A stretch of DNA of 64,000 nucleotides from Botryllus schlosseri. Taxonomy: Eukaryota. Below, piece by piece: positions 12,801 through 23,397 of the stretch (positions are counted from its first letter, which is position 1; each line of letters starts with the position of its first letter). The notes under the pieces are model-generated. The model ran no database searches, had not been told where the DNA came from, and saw only the letters and a program-made list of their open reading frames with translations. The stretch lies in NCBI GenBank assembly GCA_051294905.1, contig CM119372.1:2418001-2482000 (forward strand), in the 5' to 3' direction. Position numbers and translations under genes: made by a program.

Positions 12801-15800
12801 TGGTACAACGAGAGATACTTTCCTACATTCTTGGGTAGAAAGTGCATGTCCTTCCTAAGAAGCTTACCAAAAATGGAGAAAGAACGTTCAACAGCAGCAG
12901 TTGTTGGCTGACAACACTCCAGTTGTGCGTACACTGCTGGTGACAAACCGTGTTGCTTCATTCTGACAATGTTGTCTAATCACAATATTTCATCATGCGC
13001 TTCTTAATATAAGAATGATGCAATGCCCAAGAAGTTATACTTTAGTTGGGATATTGCGGTACGTTGACCATAACACCATGTCTACCTATTTGTTTTATTT
13101 CACCGTTTATGATTCAGAATAAGCAGACAATTGGCCGTTTACAACGGTAGGCCTATAAAGTAGGCTACAAGCTGTAAAATGTCAAATGATAAGTTCACCG
13201 ACAGTGCAAAATCTACCATACAAACGAAATGCGGACGTCGAAAAAAAATTTGACTTTGTGAACAATTTTGACAATTTTTGACCCAACGCTACGATTTTGA
13301 CAAAATTTTGACAAATTTTGAAATGTAAAAAAAACAGCCCTATTATTACTACTGTTCAGTCCGGACTTCAAGTTATGTTTAGCTCATTTTTTCTACAACT
13401 ACGCTCAGGTGAAACGAATGTGTCGTAGTACCAACGAGGAATACAGTGCCCATCTCTACTATTAACATCGCAGATAAAGAAAGCTTGTGTCACGATTTGT
13501 CTCGAGTCTAGGTTGAGTCACACGCAATGACTCGACTACAACCGAGTCAGTACACAAATTGACTCAACTCGAGAGGAGTCACTTACCAAGATTAAGAAAA
13601 TGAGTCGGGTCAAGTTGTTTCACCGAAATATTGCGACCTTTTAGAGGATTTGCCCTACTTTTTCAAGAAATCGAAAATGTCTTCCGAGGACACCCAAATG
13701 TCCTCGTTATTGGCAATTCAGCCTCCTTTATAGCTTTGACGTAAAATATGTATTTTGACAACAGTGATGGCAAGGACGACTAAAAATGAGCTTGAAGTGG
13801 GTATTCCGGGGGTTGGTTCGGAAAAATGACCTTTTTTATTCATTTTTTTGCCTACACAACAGTATTTACAGTCACAATTTTCAAATTACTCGAATTCTAG
13901 TCCGATTTTAGATTAGTTTTGCGATTTGTAAAAAGTGTACTCTTTTTCGAACACAAGTCATTACAATATTTAGTAATATTTTACTTTCTCTATTATCGTC
14001 CAATGGAAAAACACACACCAGACACATGGATTTATTTCTTCAGAACAGGTGGGCATATATCTCAATGTGACGTCGTACAAAATAGATATTACCGAACCGT
14101 CCCTGCAACTTTATATAGACATACTTAAGAAATAAGCACTTCAAAGTGTACCTTTAAGCTTGCTTGCGCAGGATCCAATTCATATTCTAGGAAAGTTAGC
14201 TTTATAGAAACGCCTTTGTCAGTTTGAAGCCTCCAACGGCAATTCTTTTCACGTCTTGGCGATCTTAAAATCAACTTCTGTCCGAGATTGACTCGCCGAA
14301 GAACCTTCCCGCAAGTATTCGGACGTCCTAATAAAATGCAGATGATGAGAACTCTGCAACGGAATATCCTGCGCCAAGACCGTTCAAAACTGGGTGCTAG
14401 TCAGGTCGTATTGAAGGGTAAAGTGAGCCTTGGGGGAAGCAAAGGGAGAAAATTCATTATAATCGAGTCTATATATAACAATGGTCAACACATATTTTTA
14501 GGCAGACAAAGAAAGGGTGGTTTTGGGGGTTCTGAAGGGCACTTATTCCTAATATGACGTTCGATTTTTCAAATTGGGTCTATTTTTGGAGATAAATCAT
14601 GGGGCCATTTTGACTAAAATCTCACATTTTCGCTGTATGGGGTAGATAAAAAAAATCAGCTCAGTCATACTATAAAGCTCAGAAATTCAATCTACTTGGT
14701 ATGTTGATACGCTTAAGACTGTTTCAAATCAAAATACATCAACATGGATATATTTCAGGGTATTAGATTTATCATAATTAAAGACTTTCACGGACATCAA
14801 GTAAATAAATAAACTTCAATCATATATACAAGTATTTACCTAAATACTCAAATAATGTTGCATTAATTGAATCAGTTTTGTGTCAACCACCTATTTTAAT
14901 TTCAAAATAATCAGTTGGAATATAATATTAATAACTTATCTTAAAGCAAAATTGGTTCTTGTACTATTTTCGGTTGTAAGCAATTTAGTATAGTTTTTCG
15001 AAAGATTCCAGCAATAGTCTGCTATAATAAGTTCGTCGCATCTGCACTGATATCTTTCTTTTGCTGTTTTGATGTATTGGTGGAACCTTTCCCCTTTCTA
15101 TTCCGTCTAATCAACAATATTATCAGAAAATATATCAAGATGACTGAACAGGAAGTGAGATTTATTGCTCTAGTTTGCTCCAAGGATTCCATATACAGAT
15201 ACCAATTCTCGGACCAACTGTTTTTAGCGGAGTGCTTTGTGATCTTCCAAAAAGTTTTATTTACTACATCCTAGAAGGGATTCCATGCAGTGAGCACCTT
15301 TATTAATATGAATTTGTAATCCTTTGTCCGTATTCGAATCTGAGATCCATCAAAGATTCCAGATTTAAGGTTCTCGTTTGATATGGATACTAGGTATACT
15401 CACTTTGTTGGCTTTAAGGAAATTATCCATTTACCAGTGAAAAGAGATGAGACGCATATGAGTATTTTTGGTAAGCTTTCCCGGGACAAACTTGATAGCT
15501 TTAAACTCCCATTTCATCTTGGTAGATTGACCAATTGGTACCGGAGAAAATATATTTCCATCGTGCAAAAGTACAATTTTTAGGCTTGACTAACTGCTTT
15601 TTTAACAAACAAAGTTCTCGTATCAGGTCATGTTAATATTGCTGGAATAACTGAGAACGACATGAGTGTTCATTGTAGTCAATGATCTATTTATGCGCAG
15701 TAGAAAAGTAGAAAAATCTAAGATTTACTTCCTACCAAGTGAAATATTCAAGGGTAAATACAGTGATTTTAAGCTTTTTAGAGCCAATCTGGCAAAATTA

Positions 15801-18800
15801 ATGTGATAGCAACCTTGAAATCCCCAGAAACGGCTCTTAGATATTCCGCCCACAAATTATTATTTCGTCATTTTGTTGACCAGTGTAATCAATTCACTGC
15901 TGTAAGCAATCTAAAATGTCTCTAATGACTCCCGCTACTTTACTTGTTTGAAACGTCTTTCTGAGAGTGAATTATTTATTACAATGGCTATACAAAGCAG
16001 TTAAACAGTAGTATAATAAGCGATTGGCTATAGTGCTTCTAATTCTTCGGATAATACATGATTTAATTCCGCCTGGTCAACAGGTATAAACTTCTTTCTC
16101 AATACCGTTCTATATGCCGCTTTGATGTCGAATCATACCTGAGAAAATGCTTTCACAAATGGGTGAATTACCAAAAATGAATCAGGTATCACAACATTTC
16201 TAACAGAATCTTTTGTAAATCCTAATTTTTGCAACGTCATTGGAAGAATGTCATTTTTATGTCAAGAATGTAAGCGTGTTAATTAATGGACCTTTTGGGT
16301 GCATTTAAGAGAACGTAAGTGTCTCGACTTCAGGCAGTGGCTCTCAAATTATGATACGCATACCACTAGTGGTATCAGTGAAGCGCTTACTTGGCAATCT
16401 TTGTGTTATGGCAGGTGCAGTCGTTGCCACTTCATCTATACAGGTAAGTGAAAATGTTATTTCATTACACATTGCATAGGCAAACTAGACTATGTTTGTT
16501 ACCTGTGTAGTAGCTCGCTTGAAAACCTTTTAACCCATAATGCTCCACACTGGTAAAAACCACCTTTAATTGATCAGTATTGGAAACATATACTTGATTT
16601 TCAATCAGCTCACTCTCTGGCACAAGGGCCTCCCCGTCATAAACCTATTGGCAAGAAAAATACTTTACAAATAGGTTATTCGGGATAATTAGACATACCA
16701 TATTAATTATTGGGTTTAGATGTCTGGCAACAAAACATGAATATTTTCAGTAGCAAAGTCTGCATTCCTACCTACATTATAATCCCAGTATATTTTGCCC
16801 ACACTCATCTACTATAATTAAAAGTGATATATGTACCTTGAGAGAGTCTTTTCCCTGAGTTGTCTCCAGTGTCGTAAACACAAGATATATTTTTGCTCCT
16901 TTAACTTGGCTTCTGATACTCCAAGTGCAATTTAACTCTCCCTTGTATAACAATTTAGGATAACTAGGACTCTGGATGTTCTTGATGGTATTGCTAGCAG
17001 TGACTTCAGAACCACATGACGCTGTAAATTTATTAATAATATTAAAGTTATTAAACCTTGCATGAAAATTAGCGTGATTAACTGATTGGACACAAACTTC
17101 TTAATCTTCTGCTAAGATCAATTTTTTATATGCTCTATCTCCAGAAAACAGTGAAGTATGCTGTCTTTTCATCGAACATACTGAATATTTCTGTCAAGTT
17201 GGGAACAAAAATTTACCTATCTTAAATATGAAAGTTACTAGAGCAATCGCAGCAAATTGAACTTTTTTTATTTAGGATCATGGTAAGTGCAAATTGTCCG
17301 CAACAAAATCAGTATTATCGTTTGTTATGTTTTATGGTTATTCAAAACACATATCTCTGTAGTAAATTCTACTAGTATGGGTGAATGAAAGTCAACACAG
17401 CAATCCACAGGAAAATTAATTAGATTATAAAGGTAAGTTTATAAAATCTGTTCATGCTAAAATAAAAAAAAATAGGAGTGGAATCGACTATTACTGAAAA
17501 AGGGTTACCATATTTGGAGATGCGAAAAGGATGGCATTTTTATGAGTCACAAAAGATGAAATATCATTTTCATTATTACGGGATGATTGCAAATTTTACT
17601 GATATTAATGGGTTGACTAAAAAAAGGTCCCGTTTCCGACTCTACTACCGAAAAACCCATCTCCACATACAACGGGTTGGAGCTTGAAGGTTGTCTAAAA
17701 AAGGTCATTGAGTTTCACGTCGAAATTCAGATTTCTATCTGTACGATTGCCTTCATCTCAAAGGTATAAAGGAGAACGAATAACGAAAAAGGAAGACATT
17801 TGAACGTTGTCGGAGAACATTTAAGATTTCGTGAAAAAGAAGAACTAATCTTCAGGACATATGGTAACCCTAACTGAATGCACATTGCACAAGCTATGCA
17901 TTGCCGTCACATTGCACACACACAAACACACATTATGTGCAGGGCGTTCGCTTTTGTAATGAATTACCTGGGACCGCGTAGTACAGTATCATAAATGACG
18001 AATCATCATTATCTGATCTGTATCTAATTCCACCCAGATTGCTGTCAAACGTGTACTCAAACCCTGCACGGTCTTCGCTCAATTGTAAAAGAACTTTGGC
18101 AGTGTCCCAGTCGACTTTCGGCCTCTTTACCTCAAGAAGCTGTGATAGCGGAAGGTCACATAAATATTGTAAAAGGAGGCACCTGATCAATAGCAAAAAT
18201 TAATATTAAATAAGGCTCTTGATATACTTGACATGAAGAGGGCTGAATACAATGATCTGAGTACTGAAATTATAGGCCCCTTACCACTGACAGTTAACTT
18301 ATTTACCAGGATTATAGTTTAGATGCGTTTTCCCTATGCCGAGGAAGCTTTGAAACTTCGATTGGCCATATCACACCGTACAATACATGTATTACAAAGG
18401 CGCGCATATTAGAGCAAATGTCATTTCTGTGTAGTCACGATCAGCCTATCACATCATTGAGAAGTGAAATGAAATTATTATGGCCGAAAAAGTGGCAAAT
18501 TATATTTTAATGGGGTGTGGAACTAGCATTATTTTCTTACTCGGATACTCGACACAAAGACTAATGATATAAGTTTAGGTTTGAAATTACAAAACGAAAG
18601 AGATCCACTTTTCAAAGACAAATTTATAGCTATTTATGGGTCAAACTTACCTCGAAAGTTGCGGAATCCGGAACAACATTGAAATCAATAAAGACTAATT
18701 TGACCAAGAAGTTTTGTGGGGCAAACAGACGCCACCTGCATTCCCGGGAGTATCTATACGGTGATTGAAGGAAGTAGTATTGTCCAACTAGTACACGCTT

Positions 18801-21800
18801 TCCTGTGCCACCGCAACTTCGTCTTCTACCTGAATAGGGATGTAAAATGATCAGACTCTTGAAGGAACGTGACTTCAGTATACAATTGAATAATATATTC
18901 ATTGAAATAAACCGGTGTATGTTTGGCTGACACTCGTCAGTGCTAATTATCAGCAACGTGAGGACGCAGATATCGTCGAAATAAATCCATTCAAGACTGG
19001 AAACTAATGAAGTGACTGAATCGGTGCTAGTTCTTCTTACCCGGCGGCAAAGTATACAGTGGAGGCTCTGTTGTTGTGTCTGTAAAATTAAACTTGGTCT
19101 AAAAGCAGCTAAAGCACAAAGCACAAAGAATGCGTTATTTTAAAAGGTAGGACAGTTACCCAACATTTGAGCATGCGACACTATGGACAGTATGTGACTT
19201 TACAAACTCAAAACTATTTCTATCCCTGAAATTAATCTCAAGTATAACCATATAATCCAACCATAAACCTAACTTTAAGACAGAAACTTAGGTGTCACAT
19301 GCTAATATTGCATACTCAAGTGTCTACGGACCAGTAACGGGTGTCAATGCTTTGGAGCAGGTTAACAATTGCAGAGAACAATATTGCAATAACTCAGTTA
19401 CATCTTAGACTTGATGCGTACACATATGTAATACACATTATGTGGTAACTTATGCTCTTAGTATGTTCTGCTAATGCGGAAGTAAAGGTAGTACCTGTAG
19501 TTACGGGTGCAGTGGTTGGAGCAAATGGATTTTCTGAAAATATAAAATAAAAACATGTTCATTGAATGTTTGGTTAAAATCGCTCTATGTAATAGTTTTA
19601 TATATTCGGTCATCATCATCTACAAATGCTGTACTATCAATGTGGTCGGTTGCTGGATTCTGCACAAGATGAAAATTGCCAAACCTATTAGCTGGGTTAC
19701 AACCAATTCACAAGATCCCGAGCAACAAGTCAATTAGACTTTTATTGTTTTGACTCGAGTCAAGTCGCGTCATTTTCAATTCAGCACCGAGTCCGAGTCA
19801 TAGTGTTAAGACTTAAGTCCTAGTCCTAATCATTACGTTTACTGTTAATAATCAGGTTCAAGTCAGGTTCAACTCACTTCTGTGAAATTTTGGGGTGATA
19901 TCGAAAATCTCGGATTCATAATATACTCACTTTTCTCACTCTAAACATGTTTATTCTAGGCTTATTTTTCAATTATCAGTCCTGATATATCAGATTTGAA
20001 TCGGTCATATAGAATGTATCGAGTCATATGACTTGGCCGAGTCTTGAGCAATGACTCGAGTACAAGTCGAGTCAATACAGAAATTGGCTTGAGTCGAGTT
20101 AACGAAAAATTGCGACGACTCGAGTCATTACAACCCTGCCTATTTGCCAATACATTGCAAAGTTCCAGTATATTAAAATCTGAATCAAGTCACAATATCT
20201 CAAAGCAGTCGGAATTGATCTTACTTGCAATATAATTTGCCCTAAATCCTCGCATCGGCATTAACCCATATGAGTTGTAAGTGATTCGTAGCATGCCGCC
20301 AGTTCTTGATACAAAGGTGTCTCTGGTTGATGATCTCAAGGTAACCGTACGTTGACCATCATCGCTTTCAATACCTTCGATCTGCATATGGAAAGGAGAG
20401 ATTTAACATGTATTATCACAAATTAAATACTATCATGCATATTGATGTTATATTATTGACTTTGACATGCATCAACTTCCCCTGTATTGTGCCTTCTCAT
20501 TGCCTTCCTATTTTAAACTCGGTGAATGTGCAAATATGTATGCCACTTTTAGTCCCCCCCACCCCCCCCCCCCCCCTTAGAAAGTCTTACAATGCTATAT
20601 CTGCACCTTCTTTGTTCATGGGCATATGCACATCATGCACTCATGGTATATATATGCGGTATGTACAGATCGAGTGTATGTCTATAATGAGTCGGTGTAT
20701 ATCCTGCAAAAACATCAAGGACAAAAATATACGTCCTACTTTTAAGCTACATTAACAGGGCAGGATAGATGTGTGTTTGATTGATTGATTTCACCAAGTC
20801 ATTTTGACTCCTTCTGTCTAGTTCATTGTGTTGTATTTCAAACATTGGTTTGTCCAGCATGAAATACTAGTATATTGAATGATAATGATCGCACTACCTC
20901 ATTCAGAACCCGAGCACCGAAATGAGTACCATAAGTCCTAATGAGATCGATACCATTGCGGAATTTAGATTAACTCACCACAATACTATCACAGCAAGCA
21001 GTTATCTCGATGCTGAAAAACGACAGTTCAACTCGTAGTCCTTCAGGAGCGCTGATGTACCACGAGCATTGGATTGACAGCATGGTAGCTGATGGCCACT
21101 GCGGTGATAATAGCGTTTGCAGTGATGAGGTTGCTACCAAATTTGTGAGGCCGCATTCTGAAAAATGTACAGTTACAGTTTCGGTTGCATTTTAAGCAAA
21201 TGGTGTTTTGAAACACTTTATTTAAAACAAGTTTCAAACAGTGTTTTAAAAAATTGCCTTTAAGTAAAATGTTTTTTTTTTCAAACGCCGCTTAATTATG
21301 CCATAATTGTGGTAATACTTTCGAAAAAACATGTAGTGTATGAGTCTAATGACGATTTGCACCTGATAGGGTCAACGGATACGATATGGAGCCGTTGGAA
21401 CCCACGAAATCGTCGCCAATTCTACAATTCTAGCACGTAGATATAGATCAATGGTACAGAATGGGTGTTCTGATGATGACTGCCGACCTTAAAAATGCTG
21501 CATTACTATTTAGTCCCGCTTAGAGATCTTTTTGTTTCGTTTATGACAGTGTCCGGAAGCCTTTTTCGTCACAGGACCAATATTTACCCTATATTTTCAA
21601 TTGTTGATTTCAATCCAATGTCACGTCACAACTAAAAATTCGTGACGTCATGTCGAAAAAAAGCAGCACACACAAAAAAAACACTTGTTCCATTCTAGGA
21701 TTGAGGCGGGCGCGTGATTTTTCTATCCTGTTTTTGATAAATGCTGGTAACGTCTTTTTTGCGATACAAATCGCAAAAAAAAAACAGTAAAACACGTTTT

Positions 21801-22633
21801 AAACAAGGGCCATGTTTTAAACATGTTTGTTTTTAATGCAATCCTAGTTACAGGAAATGAAACTCTACTGAGTCAACCCAAAGAACCACTTCTCCGGCTC
21901 TCCTTATTATCTATTTCTACATTTCATTACTTTAACAACTGTACATTGCATAGGCTACAAACCCAAATTATGATTTCACATTATATTGTTACTAAATTTA
22001 AATCTTCAAACCTTTTGTGAATTGTTTTTAGATACTTGATGCATTTTGATTGAAGTTAAAACAAGCTGTAAGCAAGAGTTTATGGATTGTTTTAGTATGC
22101 CTATCTCATTATAATTTTACTGATGAGCTAATATTAGAACAGCATAACATAGTGGTGTACAAAATAAGTCACACAAAGCAAAATTTTGTAGTCAGAAATA
22201 AAGTTTTATCAGACATCTTGTGCACTGCATTGGGAAATATTATCGGACACTCAAACATTTGCATATTTCATAGCTCTGTCCTGCTTTACATATGTAACGG
22301 ATCAGAAAGATACCATATTTCATCATGTGTAACTAATCAACGAAGGTATTATTGCTACATGGCTATGGGCACATGGCTAATTTGGTCACACTTACCGTAT
22401 ACCGTAATTGACCTGCTAATGATAAGCTATACATTTGAAGAAAATATGTAATATTAGGGAAATTTACCGAATTACCAATCACAATAAGAATCACGATTGA
22501 TGTGGTACATCTTAGGAAATTTTCCATTACACATATTACTTATATATAGATATATGACTGAGCATAATACCTTGTGGTTGTGCTTCTATAGGCTCGGAAG
22601 TCGATATCACTGGAGTCCGCTGTGTGGTTGATA
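801..22633 (-). CDS. Gene A: multi-exon extracellular mosaic protein, 5x CUB + RARR site + S/T-rich linkers + 4x LU (Ly6/uPAR); 5' and 3' ends not resolved
   Basis: 29 GT-AG exons in continuous phase, listed 5' to 3': 22633-22571, 21157-20979, 20381-20225, 19533-19495, 18829-18651, 18139-17968, 17021-16837, 16644-16503, 16435-16391, 14327-14152, 12285-12108, 11460-11285, 9204-9039, 8980-8915, 7614-7561, 7372-7304, 7219-7184, 6522-6364, 5959-5750, 5213-5046, 4974-4765, 4693-4640, 4443-4375, 4210-4175, 2614-2462, 2088-1879, 1355-1203, 1133-924, 854-801. Total 3768 nt with no internal stop. Domain boundaries are phase-1 introns. Confidence 0.85.
924..1355 (-). CDS. Gene A LU domain 4 (exons 1355-1203 and 1133-924)
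   Basis: LVEEPLQCFAIMK...QCPANSKCQ... | VEVTQGNCVPAFQCSMDPC...DCRSSCCDGNLCN. Ten Cys and the terminal CCxxxxCN signature of LU domains. Confidence 0.9.
1879..2614 (-). CDS. Gene A LU domain 3 (exons 2614-2462 and 2088-1879)
   Basis: ESLKCYQIV...QSCPDESVCFF... | MTTLYGACLPK...GCNE...SCGYKYCETNLCN. Eight Cys and a terminal CxxxxCN. Confidence 0.85.
3152..4052. mobile_element. hAT-like non-autonomous element present only in the left duplicated unit
   Basis: Termini CATGGGTGGCTAACCT ... AGGTTGGCAACCCCTG. TSD CCTTATAA / CCTTACAA. Absent at the homologous intron position near 7060. A second internal end (GTTTGAGAACCGCTTG) lies near 3654. Confidence 0.75.
4175..4693 (-). CDS. Gene A S/T-rich linker exons between the two LU pairs (4693-4640, 4443-4375, 4210-4175)
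   Basis: ETQQTSKTTTSEAAATQP | ALYLCTERTQPTQSSTMVTEITT | AFTQALSRTPAK. All are phase 1-1 exons with canonical splice sites. Confidence 0.8.
4765..5213 (-). CDS. Gene A LU domain 2 (exons 5213-5046 and 4974-4765)
   Basis: SVGEPLRCFAITK...QCPANSKCQ... | VEVTQGNCVPEFQCSMDLC...DCQSSCCDGNLCN. Paralogous to LU4. Confidence 0.9.
5750..6522 (-). CDS. Gene A LU domain 1 (exons 6522-6364 and 5959-5750)
   Basis: ESLKCFQIM...QSCPDESVCFF... | MTTLYGACLPK...SCGYKYCETDLCN. Paralogous to LU3. Confidence 0.85.
7184..8980 (-). CDS. Gene A mucin-like linker exons (8980-8915, 7614-7561, 7372-7304, 7219-7184), including the RARR motif
   Basis: ARARRSGTTATSSTPSTDTTTQ | VTARSTTASTTEIQTTSS | ALYSYTERTEPTQSSTMVTEITT | AFSRALNRTSAK. 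All are phase 1-1 exons. Confidence 0.8.
7649..7950 (+). mobile_element. tRNA-derived SINE (degenerate copy)
   Basis: Aligns along its length with the reverse complement of 8576-8884: head, central CTGGTAT...CTTGGCGCTCAGCA block, and 3' part ending CATCAAGGACAAAAAATAT. Confidence 0.7.
8576..8884 (-). mobile_element. tRNA-derived SINE
   Basis: The reverse strand begins GATAGCGCAATGGCGG (pol III A-box-like) ... GGGTTCAATCCC (B-box-like), followed by a non-tRNA body shared with 7649-7950 and 20577-20740. Confidence 0.8.
9039..11460 (-). CDS. Gene A CUB domain 5 (exons 11460-11285 and 9204-9039)
   Basis: GSCGFTDF...LKSPGYPRRYPEKMDCTWTI...DDKVQ | IYDGSV...GFTIRF...SGFSARY. Canonical CUB motifs. 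Confidence 0.9.
9434..10394. mobile_element. MITE with TAGG(G)AGAG termini; superfamily uncertain (Tc1/mariner-pogo-like?)
   Basis: Inverted ends TAGGAGAGAGGAGGCCAAGATGAGACAC and GTGTCTCATCTTGGACTCCTCTCCCCTA. The AAGATGAGACA motif recurs internally in both orientations. Confidence 0.75.
10958..11200. repeat. Degenerate array of AAAACTAG/AACTAG motifs, probably one end of a MITE
   Basis: Many copies of AAAACTAGAA and TTTTCAAAACTAG within about 240 bp. Confidence 0.55.
12108..14327 (-). CDS. Gene A CUB domain 4, atypical (exons 14327-14152 and 12285-12108)
   Basis: GRPNTCGKVLRRV...LRSPRREKNCRWRL...IKLTFLEYELDP... | LVDIRGFRFQWDT...GGIIYESG...SIQYEAY. Alignable with CUB2. Confidence 0.75.
12335..13625. 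mobile_element. GACTCGAGTC-family MITE (degenerate copy 2), interrupted by a nested element
   Basis: Left end CAGGGTTGTAACC at 12335. The family sequence resumes after 13342. The right terminus is eroded, so the end coordinate is approximate. Confidence 0.7.
12476..13342. mobile_element. Nested MITE with TAGGGC-type termini and TTTTGAC subterminal repeats
   Basis: Ends TGGGCGATTTTT ... AAAACAGCCCTA. Flanks TTATAACT / TTATTACT (7 of 8 match). It splits the host MITE. Confidence 0.65.
14960..16110 (-). pseudogene. Fossil Chapaev3-like (CMC superfamily) transposase in an intron of gene A
   Basis: Minus-strand translation across stops and frameshifts gives DQAELNHVL, KSGIFDGSQIR, HFLFSHLDIF, KGERFHQYIK and IIADYCWNL. 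These match the order of motifs I recall for Chapaev3 transposases (ELNDL, GIFDGPQIR, HSHLD, GERFHQDI, ADYCW). Boundaries are approximate. Confidence 0.75.
16391..17021 (-). CDS. Gene A CUB domain 3 plus linker (exons 17021-16837, 16644-16503, 16435-16391)
   Basis: SCGSEVTAS...IQSPSYPK...LNCTWSI...DSLK | VYDGE...LKVVFTS...KGFQASY | EVATTAPAITQRLP. Confidence 0.9.
17501..17872. mobile_element. MITE of the TAGGGTTACCATA group
   Basis: Ends AGGGTTACCATA ... TATGGTAACCCTA. Flanks ACTGAAAA / ACTGAATG. Confidence 0.7.
17968..19533 (-). CDS. Gene A linker plus CUB domain 2, atypical (exons 19533-19495, 18829-18651, 18139-17968)
   Basis: NPFAPTTAPVTT | GRRRSCGGTG...LQSPYRYSRECRWRL...VKLVFIDFNV... 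| LLEVKRPKVDWDT...GGIRYRSD...FMILYYAVP. Confidence 0.8.
19692..20138. mobile_element. GACTCGAGTC-family MITE (copy 3)
   Basis: Ends CTGGGTTACAAC ... TTACAACCCTG. TSD CCTATTAG / CCTATTTG. Confidence 0.85.
20225..21157 (-). CDS. Gene A CUB domain 1 (exons 21157-20979 and 20381-20225)
   Basis: ECGLTNLVA...LLSPQWPS...QCSWYISAPEGLRVELSF...CCDSIV | IEG...LRITYNS...RGFRANY. Confidence 0.9.
20577..20740 (+). mobile_element. 3' fragment of the tRNA-derived SINE family
   Basis: TTAGAAAGTCTTACAATGCTAT...CATCAAGGACAAAAATATA matches 7801-7950. Confidence 0.75.
21180..21846. mobile_element. MITE of the TAGGGTTGCATTTAAAAC group
   Basis: Ends TTCGGTTGCATTTTAAG ... TTTAATGCAATCCTA. TSD GTTACAGT / GTTACAGG. 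Shares terminal blocks with 32247-32676 and 59306-59729. Confidence 0.75.
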
Positions 22634-23352
22634 CTGGAATATGAAAATTCACCAATGTAACGAATTCAGTTTCAGTTCTGATCACTAAAATCACTTAAAT
22701 TCTAACCTCATGTTAAGTCCATGCACATATGTGTCAGGTCAGACTAATAAATGGGACTTCATATCGTCTTTTCAAATATACTATTTTTAATGTTTACAAT
22801 GTTTAAGTTTGGTTAACTAGCACAAACAAATGCTCATGATTAATAATAATGATAAATGGTCAGAAAAGGATTATAATTCGATACCATACCAGTACTTGAT
22901 CACATGACACCATATTTATATTTCCAACTTACCATGGGTTATTTGGTTACAATTAAATATGTATACAGAAAATTGTTAAAGAAAAATTATTATGATCCGA
23001 AGTTGCCCATAATGCCCATAGTCGCGTACCCAGCACAATAAAATTGGGGACTGTGTTGATGATGCTGGTGAAGATATTGTATGTGAGATATCGGTCGGCT
23101 GCCACAAAATTAGTGAAAGCGTGGAACATATACAATGAAATGCTCTATTGATGTATTGTAGTACAATGATGATTGCTCCATACCAAAACTATGCATCAAT
23201 TATGTCCAGCTGTTCTGTTTCTCCAACATAGTCAAAATTCCAGATAAAAACATTAAATATTAGCAATCGTTTCTTTCTACACATCCCAGATTAGCCCCTC
23301 ATTAGAAACACAATACGATACCAAAGTCTACTTCAAGACACCAATAACTTAC

Positions 23353-23397
23353 CTTGATCAATGTCAATTTCGCTGTCGATAGGAGATAGTGGGCTTT
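23353..23397 (-). CDS. Candidate additional upstream exon of gene A
   Basis: TTCTTACAG acceptor and GTAAGT donor. A 45-nt phase 1-1 exon encoding ESPLSPIDSEIDIDQ, compatible with the 22633 exon. Confidence 0.45.
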
